Below the pieces are notes generated by a model. It saw only the letters and a program-made list of their open reading frames with translations, did not search any database and had not been told where the DNA came from. This document shows positions 10,196-18,488 of a stretch of 64,000 nt of DNA, one piece after another. Source of the stretch: an uncultured beta proteobacterium (GTDB taxonomy: Bacteria > Pseudomonadota > Gammaproteobacteria > Burkholderiales > Casimicrobiaceae); assembly GCA_963700415.1 (NCBI GenBank), contig CAVOXS010000003.1:45256-109255 (forward strand), read 5' to 3'. Each line of letters opens with the position of its first letter. The first letter of the stretch is position 1. The position numbers and the translations under genes are program-made.

Positions 10196-11791
10196 ATGAC
10201 CACCGGTGCAACGCTCAAGCGCTTTGCGGCAGGCACGCTGCTGTTCGCCGCTTCAATCGGTCTGGCTGCCGCGCAGACGCTGACCATCGGCGTGCGCGGC
10301 GGACCGGATTCGATGGATCCGCACTTCACCGCGACCGGCACGCATGCCGAGGCTCTGAAGCACGTCTTCGACACGCTGACCTGGTCGGGCAACGGGCTCG
10401 AAGTGCAGCCGCGGCTGGCGCTCTCCTGGAAGCCGATCAACCCGACGACCTGGGAGTTCAAGCTCCGGCCGGGGGTGAAGTTCCACGACGGATCGGATTT
10501 CACCGCCGAGGACGTCAAGTTCTCGATCGAGCGCATCCCGATGGTCGCGGGACCCAACCCGACCACGATCTACGTGCGTCGCGTTTCCGGCACGAAGATC
10601 ATCGATCCGCACACGATTCACATCATGACCGACGGCCCGGCGCCGGTGCTGCCGAACGACTTCATCCGGCTGTTCATCGTGTCGTCGAAGGCGGCGGCGG
10701 GCCTGACCAAGGAAAACGCGAACGAAGCGTTCAACTCGGGCAAGGCGGCGATCGGCACCGGCCCCTACAAGCTCGTCTCCTGGACGCCGAAGGGCGATTT
10801 CGTGCTCGACCGCTTCGACGGGTACTGGGGCGGCAAGCAGCCGTGGGCACGCGTCGTGCGCAAGGACATTCCGAACGACGCGGCCCGCGTCGCGCAGCTC
10901 AAGGCGGGACAGCTCGATTTGATCTCGCGGGTGCCGGCCGCGGACGTGGCGGCGCTGAAGCGCGATCCCAAGCTGCGCGTGGAGATCGTCGACACCGTGT
11001 ACGTGTTCAACATGGAGCTGGATCAGCGCGCGACGCCGCCGGCCGGACAGATCACCGCCAAGGACGGTTCGGCACTGCCGAAGAATCCGTTGCAGGACAT
11101 CCGCGTGCGCGAGGCGATCGACCTCGCGATCGATCGCAAGACGCTGGCCGAGATCTCGATGGAAGGCCTGGGCAAGCCGTCGAGCCAGATGGTGACGCCG
11201 TCGATCTTCGGCTACAACAAGTCCCTCGGCGAGCGCAAGTACGACGTGGCGGCGGCGAAGAAGCTGATGGCCGATGCGGGGTACCCCAACGGCTTCAAGA
11301 TCCAGTTCGCCTTCACCCAGGATCGCCTGCCGGGAGATCGCCAGGTGGGAACCTCGGTCGCGCAGATGCTCGCGGCGATCGGCATCGAGGTCGCGGCCAA
11401 TGCCCAGCCTGCCCCGGTGTTCTTCCCGGCCCGCACCCGCGGCGATTTCTCGATGTCGATGTCCGGCTGGGGCACGCTGACCGGCGAAGCGCATTACACG
11501 CTGTCCTCGCTCGCGCACTCGAACGACAAGGAAAAGAAGATGGGTGCGTTCAACGTGCTCGGCTACAAGAACGACGCGATGGACAAGGTGCTGCAGGATG
11601 CGGCGGTCGAGATGGACGACGGCAAGCGGCGCGCGCTTCTCGAGCAGGCCAACGCGCTGGTGCTGAAGGACCGCCAGCGCCTGCCGCTGGTGTCGGTCGG
11701 CTCGGCCTGGGCGATGCAGAAGGACAAGGTCACGATCACGCCGCGCGTCGACGAGGACACGCTGGCGATGGACATCCGGCCGGCGAAATAG
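10196..11791 (+). CDS. ABC transporter substrate-binding protein, family 5 (DppA/OppA-like)
   Basis: 531-aa ORF with a signal-like N-terminus (LLFAASIGLAAAQ) and family-5 SBP pattern (KFHDGSDFTAEDVKFS, GTGPYKLVSW). Confidence 0.9.
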   Translation: MTTGATLKRFAAGTLLFAASIGLAAAQTLTIGVRGGPDSMDPHFTATGTHAEALKHVFDTLTWSGNGLEVQPRLALSWKPINPTTWEFKLRPGVKFHDGSDFTAEDVKFSIERIPMVAGPNPTTIYVRRVSGTKIIDPHTIHIMTDGPAPVLPNDFIRLFIVSSKAAAGLTKENANEAFNSGKAAIGTGPYKLVSWTPKGDFVLDRFDGYWGGKQPWARVVRKDIPNDAARVAQLKAGQLDLISRVPAADVAALKRDPKLRVEIVDTVYVFNMELDQRATPPAGQITAKDGSALPKNPLQDIRVREAIDLAIDRKTLAEISMEGLGKPSSQMVTPSIFGYNKSLGERKYDVAAAKKLMADAGYPNGFKIQFAFTQDRLPGDRQVGTSVAQMLAAIGIEVAANAQPAPVFFPARTRGDFSMSMSGWGTLTGEAHYTLSSLAHSNDKEKKMGAFNVLGYKNDAMDKVLQDAAVEMDDGKRRALLEQANALVLKDRQRLPLVSVGSAWAMQKDKVTITPRVDEDTLAMDIRPAK

Positions 11792-11878
11792 CCGGATGAT
11801 AGCCATTCAGCGGCAGCGGGCCGGCGCAGGAAGCGCGGTGGTCACCATTCGCCGGCACCGGGCCGGTAACAGGTCCTC

Positions 11879-12832
11879 GTGATTGCGATCGGCATCCACG
11901 GCGGCTGCGGCACGCTGCCTGTGGAAATGATGAGCGCGGCGCAGTGGGACGAGGCGCGCGCTCATCTCGCCGACGCGCTGCGCGCGGGCTGGGCGCTGCT
12001 GGCGCGCGGCGAAGCGGCGCTGGATGCCGTCGAAGCCGCGGTGGTGGTGATGGAGGACAGCCCGTACTTCAACGCCGGCTACAGCGCCGCGCTGAACACC
12101 GATGGCGAGCACGAGCTCGATGCGTCGATCATGGACGGCGCGGCCTTGCGCGCCGGCGCCGTGTGCGCGGTGCGTCGCATCCGCAATCCCGTGCGCGCGG
12201 CACGCGCGGTGCTCGATCACGGTGCCAGCGTGCTGCTCGCCGGACCGGCGGCGGATGCGTTCGCGCAGGCACGGGGGATCGCGATGGTGGAGCCGGGCTA
12301 CTTCACCACCGAGCGTCAGGTCGTGGCTCTCGCGCGCCTCAAGGCGCGGGCCGAGGACGGGACCATCGCGATGGCCGGCGAGGCCGAGAAGCACGGCACG
12401 GTGGGCGCGGTGGCGCTCGACGGGCAAGGCAATCTCGCCGCGGCAACGTCGACCGGCGGATTCAACAACAAGCCCGCGGGCCGGGTCGGCGACACTCCGG
12501 TCGTCGGCGCGGGGATCTATGCGCGCAACGGCGTCTGCGCGGTCTCGGGCACCGGGCAGGGCGAAGTGTTCATCCGGCTGGTGGCCTCCTACGACGTCGC
12601 CGCGCGCATGATGTACGCCGGCCAGTCGCTCGAAAGCGCGGCGAACGCCGTGGTCCACGACGCGCTGTCCGCGCACAGGATCGGCGCCGGGATGATCGCG
12701 ATCGATGCGGCCGGGAAGGTGGTCGCGCCGTTCAACACGATCGGGATGTACCGCGGCTGGGTGACGACCGAGGGCGAGCTGACGGTGGCGAGCCACAAGG
12801 AGGAGCGCCGGCTCGGCCGGCTCCCCCGCTGA
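11879..12832 (+). CDS. isoaspartyl peptidase / L-asparaginase (Ntn hydrolase)
   Basis: 317-aa ORF with a GTG start. It has IAIGIHGGCG, the autoprocessing site HGTVGAVALD, and GTGQGEVFIR. Confidence 0.85.
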   Translation: MIAIGIHGGCGTLPVEMMSAAQWDEARAHLADALRAGWALLARGEAALDAVEAAVVVMEDSPYFNAGYSAALNTDGEHELDASIMDGAALRAGAVCAVRRIRNPVRAARAVLDHGASVLLAGPAADAFAQARGIAMVEPGYFTTERQVVALARLKARAEDGTIAMAGEAEKHGTVGAVALDGQGNLAAATSTGGFNNKPAGRVGDTPVVGAGIYARNGVCAVSGTGQGEVFIRLVASYDVAARMMYAGQSLESAANAVVHDALSAHRIGAGMIAIDAAGKVVAPFNTIGMYRGWVTTEGELTVASHKEERRLGRLPR

Positions 12833-12834
12833 CC

Positions 12835-13911
12835 GTGGCGCATCCCGACACACCCGCCGCGCCGGATGCGGCCGATCCCATCCTGATCTGGGGCGCGGGC
12901 GCCATCGGCGGCACGCTCGGCGCGTACTGGGCCCGCGCGGGCATTCCGGTGCTGATGGTCGATGTCGTCGAAGAGCACGTGCGAGCGTGCCGAAGCAGCG
13001 GCCTGTCGATCACGGGCCCGGTGGAGGCGTTCAAGGTGATCGTGCCCGCCGTCACCGCCGGCGAGCTCCCGCCGGGCCGCCGCTACTCGCGCGTCGTGCT
13101 GGCGGTGAAGGCGCTTGCCACCGAGAGTGCGGTCGCGCAGCTGGCGCCGTTCCTCGCCGAGGATGGCTACGTCCTGTCGGCCCAGAACGGCCTGAACGAA
13201 ATCGCGATTGCCGCGCGCGTCGGCAGCGAGCGGACCATGGGCTGTTTCGTCAACTTCGGCGCCGATTGGCACGGTCCGGGCGAAATCCTCTATGGCAACC
13301 GCGGCGCGGTGGTGGTCGGCGAGATCGACGGTTCGATCCGGCCGCGCACGCGCGATATGCATTCGCTGCTCCGCGTGTTCGAGCCCGACGCGGTGCTGAC
13401 GGACAACATCTATGGCTACCTGTGGGGCAAGCTCGCCTACGGGGCGATGCTGATCGCCACGGCGCTGACGCCCGACTCGATGGCGGAGAACTTCGCCGAT
13501 CCGCGGCGGCGCGTGGTGTTCGAGCGTCTCGGCTGCGAGGTGATGGCGGCGGCGCAAGCGCGCCGCGTCGATCCGGTCGGTTTTGGCGATTTCGATCCCC
13601 GCGCTTTCCTGCCCGCGGGATCGGCAGCGCAAAGAACGCGGGTGCTGGACTGGCTCGCCGACTACACCGGCCGGACCGCCAAGACGCACTCGGGCATCTG
13701 GCGCGACCTCGCGGTGCGCAAGCGCAAGACCGAAGTCGAGACCCAGATCGGCATCGTGACCACGCTCGCCGGCGAAGTCGGCGTGGGCACGCCGGCACTG
13801 GCCCGGCTGGTCGCGCTGATCCGCGATATCGAGGACGGCCGGCGCGAGCAGTCCTTCGCCACCTTTCAGCTGCTGATCGACGCATGCCGGGCGGATTCGA
13901 GCAACGGATAG
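12835..13911 (+). CDS. 2-dehydropantoate 2-reductase (ApbA/PanE) family oxidoreductase
   Basis: Tail of ORF 11944..13911. The probable GTG start at 12835 lies just after the upstream stop. It has the Rossmann motif ILIWGAGAIGG and a family-like C-terminal domain (YLWGKLAYG). Confidence 0.75.
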   Translation: MAHPDTPAAPDAADPILIWGAGAIGGTLGAYWARAGIPVLMVDVVEEHVRACRSSGLSITGPVEAFKVIVPAVTAGELPPGRRYSRVVLAVKALATESAVAQLAPFLAEDGYVLSAQNGLNEIAIAARVGSERTMGCFVNFGADWHGPGEILYGNRGAVVVGEIDGSIRPRTRDMHSLLRVFEPDAVLTDNIYGYLWGKLAYGAMLIATALTPDSMAENFADPRRRVVFERLGCEVMAAAQARRVDPVGFGDFDPRAFLPAGSAAQRTRVLDWLADYTGRTAKTHSGIWRDLAVRKRKTEVETQIGIVTTLAGEVGVGTPALARLVALIRDIEDGRREQSFATFQLLIDACRADSSNG

Positions 13912-14633
13912 CGCTCGTCACCGGCGCCGCACAGGGCATCGGAGCGGCGATCGCACGGGCGCTCGCGGCGGAGGGTGCCTGCGCGCACCTGGTCGACATC
14001 GCCGACATTCCGGAGTCGAACCGGCCACGGGGCGCGACGGCGCACCGCTGCGATCTTTCGCGGCGCGCGGAGGTGCAGGACCTCGTCGGCGGCATCGAAT
14101 CGCGCGGCGGGCCGATCGACATCCTGGTCAACGCGGCGGGCGGGGTGTGCGGCCAGCAGGGTCAGCCGATCGAGTCGGTGAGCGAAGATGGCTGGCGGGC
14201 GCTGTTTGCGGCGAACGTCGACAGCGCGTTCTGGCTGGCGCAGGCGGTCGCGCCGTCGATGCGGCGGCGTGGCCGCGGCAGGATCGTGTTCATCGCTTCC
14301 GGTGCCGGCCTGCGCCCGAGCCTCACCGGGATCCAGGCCTATACCGCGGCCAAGCACGCGCTGGTGGGCCTGACCCGGCAGCTGTCGCAGGACCTGGGAC
14401 GATACGGCATCACCTGCAACGCGGTCGCGCCGGGTTTCGTGCGCTCCAACCCGGCCACCGAGCGCCAGTGGGAGAGCTACGGCGAGGAAGGACAGAGGCG
14501 CCTGGTCGAAAACATCCACGTGCGCCGCCTGGGCACCGCCGACGACATTGCGAATGCGGTGCTGTTTCTTGCCGGCGACAAGGCGTCCTGGATCTCGGGT
14601 CAGGTCCTGTCGGTCGACGGCGGGCGATCGTAG
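13884..14633 (+). CDS. SDR family oxidoreductase (FabG-like)
   Basis: ATG at 13884. Motifs: TGAAQGIG, NAAG, the catalytic YTAAK, and a C-terminal SGQVLSVDGG. It overlaps the previous gene by 28 nt. Confidence 0.85.
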   Translation: MPGGFEQRIALVTGAAQGIGAAIARALAAEGACAHLVDIADIPESNRPRGATAHRCDLSRRAEVQDLVGGIESRGGPIDILVNAAGGVCGQQGQPIESVSEDGWRALFAANVDSAFWLAQAVAPSMRRRGRGRIVFIASGAGLRPSLTGIQAYTAAKHALVGLTRQLSQDLGRYGITCNAVAPGFVRSNPATERQWESYGEEGQRRLVENIHVRRLGTADDIANAVLFLAGDKASWISGQVLSVDGGRS

Positions 14634-14748
14634 CGGGGCCGGTTCGATGTTGATCTGCCCCGCGCGCGCGGCGGATCGCGCGGGTCCGGGCAGGTCCCGG
14701 TCGACATGGAAGTTGCCGCTGCGCGCATGATGTCCGGCCGCGTTCCGG

Positions 14749-17700
14749 TCAGTGAAAATCCCGCGACCGGGTTTGCAGATCGCCCAGCAGCGCAGAGAGG
14801 TCCGCGAGCCGTCCGGCGAGGACGTGGACGACCTGCCCCTCGCGCTCCACCTTGCCGAAGACCGCGAGCAGCTTCGCGCCGAGCAGTTCGCGGCGCTGGC
14901 GCTCGCCGACGTCGCGCCAGACGATCACGTTGGTGGCGCCGGTTTCGTCTTCGAGCGTGACGAAGACCACGCCGCTCGCGGTGTCGGGCCGCTGCCGGCC
15001 GATGACGATTCCCGCGGTGCGGACGATCCGGCCCGGCGGCGCCCGCGCGATCTCGGCCGCCGTGGCGAGCCGCCGCCGCTGCAGCTTGTCGCGCAGGAGA
15101 GCCAGCGGGTGCCGCCGCAGCGTGAGCGACAGCGTGCGGTAGTCGGCGACGATGTCCTGTCCTTCGGTCGGCGGCGGCAGCACGGGATCCGCGGTGTCGA
15201 AAACGCTGCCTGCGAGCAATGCCGGCAGCCGCTCGACGCCGGCGACCCCCCACGCCGCGTCGTGCCGATGACCGGCGAGCGCCGCGAGCGCGTCGGCCTC
15301 GGCCAGGCAGGCGAGGTCGCGGCGGTCGAGCCGCGCGCGGTGCGCGAGGTCGGCGACACTCGCGAAGGGCTGCGCGCTCCGGGCTTCGACGATCCTGCGC
15401 GCGCCGGATTCGGAGAGTCCGGCGACGAGACGCAGACCCAGGCGCAGCGCGGGAGAAAGCAGGATCGGGGTCGGACACGAATCTTCATTCCGGCCGATCG
15501 CAGGAGGAAGGCCTTGCCGAAGATTCGCATCCGACCCCGATTCCGCCGGCCGAATTTCTTCCAGCGTGCAGTCCCACTCGCTCGTCGTCACGTCCGCGGG
15601 GCGCACCTCGACGCCATGCCGGCGAGCATCCTGCACGAGCTGCGAGGGCCCGTAGAAGCCCATCGGCAGCGAGTTGAGCAGCGCGGCGCAGAACGCGGCG
15701 GGCTCGTAGCGCTTCAGCCACGCCGACACGTAGACGAGCAGCGCGAAGGAGGCCGAGTGCGATTCCGGAAAGCCGTACTCGCCGAAGCCCAGGATCTGCT
15801 GGTAGATCTGCCGCGCGAAGCCTTCGGCGTAGCCGCGCGCGCCCATGCCGTCGATCAGTTGCTGCTCGAATTTCTCGAGGCCGCCCTTGCGCCTCCAGGC
15901 GGCCATCGAGCGCCGCAGATGGTCCGCCTCGCCCGGCGTGAATCCCGCCGCGACGATCGCGAGCTGCATCACCTGCTCCTGGAAGATCGGCACGCCGAGC
16001 GTGCGCGCGAGCACGCTCTGCACCGCTTCGCTCGGATAGGTGACGGGCTCCAGACCTTGCCGGCGGCGCAGGTACGGATGCACCATGCCGCCCTGGATCG
16101 GGCCGGGGCGCACGATGGCGACCTCGATCACGAGGTCGTAGAAGCACGCGGGCTTGAGCCGCGGCAGCATCGCCTGCTGCGCGCGCGACTCGATCTGGAA
16201 CACGCCGATGGTATCGGCGCGCTGGCACATCGCGTAGACCTCCGGGTCCTCGGCCGGAATGTCCTGGAGGGTCAGCGGCGCCAATGGGGTCAGAGTCGAT
16301 ATGCCGGCGCGCGATTCATGATCGCTGCGCGGTGGATGGAAATTCGACTCTGACCCCATTCCGGAGCGCCGCCATTGCGGGGAAATGTGACCTGACCCCA
16401 ATTTCGACACCATGTCGAGGCAGCGCCGGATCGCCGACAGCATGCCGAGCGCGAGGCAATCGACCTTCAGCAGGCCCAGCGCGTCGAGATCGTCCTTGTC
16501 CCACTGGAGGACGGTGCGCTCCGCCATCGCCGCATTCTCGACCGGCACCATCCGCTCCAGCAGGTCGCGCGCGATGACGAACCCGCCGACGTGCTGCGAC
16601 AGGTGGCGCGGGAAGCCCATCAGCTCGCCCGTCAGCTTGACGAGACGGACGAACATCGGGTTGTCGGGCTCGAACCCCGCCTCGCGGACACGCTCGGGCC
16701 TGACCTCGCGGCCGTCCCACCACGCGAACATGCCGGCGAGCCGGTCCACCTGCGCAAGGTCGAGGCCCAGCGCCCGGCCGACATCGCGCACGGCGCTCTT
16801 CGGCCGGTAGGTGATGAGCGTCGCGGCGAGCGCCGCGCGGTCGCGGCCGTATTTCGCGTAGATGTACTGGATGACTTCCTCGCGCCGCTGGTGCTCGAAA
16901 TCGACGTCGATGTCGGGCGGCTCGTTGCGCTCCTTCGAGATGAACCGCTCGAACAGCATGTTCATGCGCGCGGGATCGACCTCGGTGATGCCGAGCGCGT
17001 AGCAGACCGCCGAGTTGGCCGCCGAGCCGCGGCCCTGGCAGAGAATGCCCTGCGCGCGCGCGAAGGCGACGATGTCGTGGACGGTGAGGAAATACGGCTC
17101 GTACTTCAGTTCCGCGATCAGCGCGAGCTCGTGCTCGATCAGCGCCCGGACGTCGGGAGGGCAGATCGCATCCGCGGGGACAGACCCCGATGCCACGCGG
17201 GGAATCGGGGTCTGTCCCCGAATGCCGCGCGGGAAGCCGTGGCCGGTCCCCGCATACCGCCGCGCCAGTCCCGCTTCGACCAGTGCGCGCAGATGCGAGG
17301 CCGGCGTCTGCCCCGGCGGGACGATTTCCTCCGGATACTCGTAGCGCAATTCGTCCAGCGAAAACGCGCAGCGCCGCGCGATGGCGACAGTCTCGGCGAG
17401 CAGCTCGGGCGGGTAGATCGTCGCGAGTCGTGCGCGCGAGCGCAGATGCCGCTCGCCATTCGGATGGAGCGCGTAGCCGCATTCGGCGAGCGGCTTCCTG
17501 ACGCGGATCGCCGTGAGCGTGTCCTGCAGCGCGCGCCGGGCGCGCACGTGCATGTGAACGTCGCCGGCGGCGACCTGCGGCAGGCCTGTCTGCCGTGCCA
17601 GCGCCGCGCAGCGCGCAAGCCGGGCGCGGTCGCCGGCACGGGCGAAGAGTTCGACCGCGAGCCACGCGCGGCCGGGAAAGACGGCGGCAACCCAGCGCGC

Positions 17701-18234
17701 GATGGCGAGGGTCTCGCCATCGCGGGGAACGGGAATCGGATACGGGCCGATCGGGGTCGGATGCGAATCCTCATCAGAACCGTCCCCCTGTGTGCGGCCG
17801 GAATGGGAATTCGTATCCGCCCCCGATCCCGACTCCGATCGCCTCGCCGGCTCCGGCGGCACCCACAGCGCGAGGAGCCCGTCCGCGAACGTCGCGACGT
17901 CGTCGCGGGACAGCGCGTAGCGGCCCTTCTGCGCGCTGCGCCGCCCGCGCGTGATCAATTGCGCGAGGTTGCCGTAGCTCGCGCGGTCGGTGGCGAGCAG
18001 CACGAGCTTCACCCCGTCGATGAGCGCGACCTCGCTGCCGATGACGAGCGGAAGGCCCGCGTGCTTCGCTGCGAGATGCGCGCGGACGATGCCCGAGAAC
18101 GAGCACTCGTCGGTGATCGCGAGCGCCGCGTAGCCCTGTGCCCGGGCGCGCTCGACCAGTTCCTCCGGGTGCGACGCGCCGCGGAGGAACGAGAAATTCG
18201 ACAGGCAGTGCAGTTCGGCGTAGGCGGGGAGCAT
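14749..18234 (-). CDS. dnaE2: error-prone DNA polymerase DnaE2 (ImuC), intact but carrying four in-frame repeat insertions
   Basis: ATG at 18234 ([24 protein letters not shown] domain). Further motifs: [28 protein letters not shown], and the C-terminal OB fold [18 protein letters not shown]. The gene has 1161 codons. The 51-codon upstream extension in the ORF track covers the operator region and is rejected. Confidence 0.92.
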   Translation of the reverse strand: MLPAYAELHCLSNFSFLRGASHPEELVERARAQGYAALAITDECSFSGIVRAHLAAKHAGLPLVIGSEVALIDGVKLVLLATDRASYGNLAQLITRGRRSAQKGRYALSRDDVATFADGLLALWVPPEPARRSESGSGADTNSHSGRTQGDGSDEDSHPTPIGPYPIPVPRDGETLAIARWVAAVFPGRAWLAVELFARAGDRARLARCAALARQTGLPQVAAGDVHMHVRARRALQDTLTAIRVRKPLAECGYALHPNGERHLRSRARLATIYPPELLAETVAIARRCAFSLDELRYEYPEEIVPPGQTPASHLRALVEAGLARRYAGTGHGFPRGIRGQTPIPRVASGSVPADAICPPDVRALIEHELALIAELKYEPYFLTVHDIVAFARAQGILCQGRGSAANSAVCYALGITEVDPARMNMLFERFISKERNEPPDIDVDFEHQRREEVIQYIYAKYGRDRAALAATLITYRPKSAVRDVGRALGLDLAQVDRLAGMFAWWDGREVRPERVREAGFEPDNPMFVRLVKLTGELMGFPRHLSQHVGGFVIARDLLERMVPVENAAMAERTVLQWDKDDLDALGLLKVDCLALGMLSAIRRCLDMVSKLGSGHISPQWRRSGMGSESNFHPPRSDHESRAGISTLTPLAPLTLQDIPAEDPEVYAMCQRADTIGVFQIESRAQQAMLPRLKPACFYDLVIEVAIVRPGPIQGGMVHPYLRRRQGLEPVTYPSEAVQSVLARTLGVPIFQEQVMQLAIVAAGFTPGEADHLRRSMAAWRRKGGLEKFEQQLIDGMGARGYAEGFARQIYQQILGFGEYGFPESHSASFALLVYVSAWLKRYEPAAFCAALLNSLPMGFYGPSQLVQDARRHGVEVRPADVTTSEWDCTLEEIRPAESGSDANLRQGLPPAIGRNEDSCPTPILLSPALRLGLRLVAGLSESGARRIVEARSAQPFASVADLAHRARLDRRDLACLAEADALAALAGHRHDAAWGVAGVERLPALLAGSVFDTADPVLPPPTEGQDIVADYRTLSLTLRRHPLALLRDKLQRRRLATAAEIARAPPGRIVRTAGIVIGRQRPDTASGVVFVTLEDETGATNVIVWRDVGERQRRELLGAKLLAVFGKVEREGQVVHVLAGRLADLSALLGDLQTRSRDFH
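15464..15541. repeat. 78-nt palindromic repeat unit (copy E1) inside dnaE2
   Basis: atcggggtcggacacgaatcttc...gaagattcgcatccgaccccgat. The terminal inverted repeats match at 21/23. The unit is exactly 26 codons and is translated as [26 protein letters not shown]. Confidence 0.85.
16283..16360. repeat. 78-nt palindromic repeat unit (copy E2) inside dnaE2
   Basis: aatggggtcagagtcga...tcgactctgaccccatt with perfect 17-bp terminal inverted repeats. It is 78 nt long. The left-arm pattern GGGGTCrGAnnCGAATyTyCAT is shared with E1/E4. Confidence 0.85.
16381..16403. repeat. solo right-arm copy of the same repeat
   Basis: ggaaatgtgacctgaccccaatt versus the E2 right arm ggaaattcgactctgaccccatt, about 18/23 identical. 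It lies 20 nt after E2 and is also translated within dnaE2. Confidence 0.6.
17176..17251. repeat. GGGGACAGACC/GGTCTGTCCCC-type palindromic repeat (copy E3) inside dnaE2
   Basis: A perfect 16-bp inverted repeat ggggacagaccccgat / atcggggtctgtcccc is separated by 12 nt. It is followed by a gggaagcc-containing arm shared with the lexA and imuA leader copies. The outer boundaries are approximate. Confidence 0.75.
17750..17827. repeat. 78-nt palindromic repeat unit (copy E4) inside dnaE2, inverted relative to E1
   Basis: Its reverse complement aligns without gaps to E1 at 62/78 positions by hand count. It has the same ATCGGGG...CCCCGAT ends, the same 78-nt length and the same codon phase. Confidence 0.85.
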
Positions 18235-18286
18235 CGGGATCGCCGCAACGGGGTGCCAGGCACAAGGGTCGCGCGCGCGGAGATAG

Positions 18287-18302
18287 CCGTGTAAATATAC
18301 GG
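18287..18302 (-). promoter_or_regulatory. candidate LexA operator (CCGT-N8-ACGG), proximal to dnaE2
   Basis: ccgtgtaaatatacgg, which reads CCGTATATTTACACGG on the dnaE2 strand. It lies 53 nt upstream of the dnaE2 ATG. The same palindrome type sits in the lexA promoter. Confidence 0.6.
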
Positions 18303-18315
18303 TATTCGACAATGA

Positions 18316-18331
18316 CCGTATGAATAGACGG
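18316..18331 (-). promoter_or_regulatory. candidate LexA operator (CCGT-N8-ACGG), distal to dnaE2
   Basis: ccgtatgaatagacgg, which reads CCGTCTATTCATACGG on the dnaE2 strand. It starts 29 nt from the start of the proximal box. Confidence 0.55.
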
Positions 18332-18426
18332 TCGGCATGGCGGGGAAGAGGCGGCGAGGAAGGGCCCTGTCGCGGTCCGCCGGCCATCGCCGCGCAAAGG
18401 CCGGTAAGATGCCGGCTCCGCCGTGC

Positions 18427-18467
18427 GGGGACAGACCACGGCTTCCGCGGAACTCGGGTCTGTCCCC
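18427..18467. repeat. short GGGGACAGACC/GGTCTGTCCCC hairpin repeat in the dnaE2 / M14 peptidase intergenic region
   Basis: ggggacagaccacggcttccgcggaactcgggtctgtcccc, ending 21 nt before the peptidase ATG. Confidence 0.8.
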
Positions 18468-18488
18468 AAGCGACAGGAAAGCCACGCC

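Noticed and set aside
9373-11799. An 808-aa ORF spanning the MarR gene and the whole substrate-binding protein gene in another frame.
   Set aside because: Only its first ~220 codons (the MarR N-terminal part) look like protein. The rest is an off-frame read-through of the SBP gene (10196..11791).
18235-18387. A 51-codon N-terminal extension of dnaE2 suggested by ORF 14749..18387.
   Set aside because: It runs through the candidate operators. The conserved PHP-domain start [14 protein letters not shown] begins at ATG 18234.
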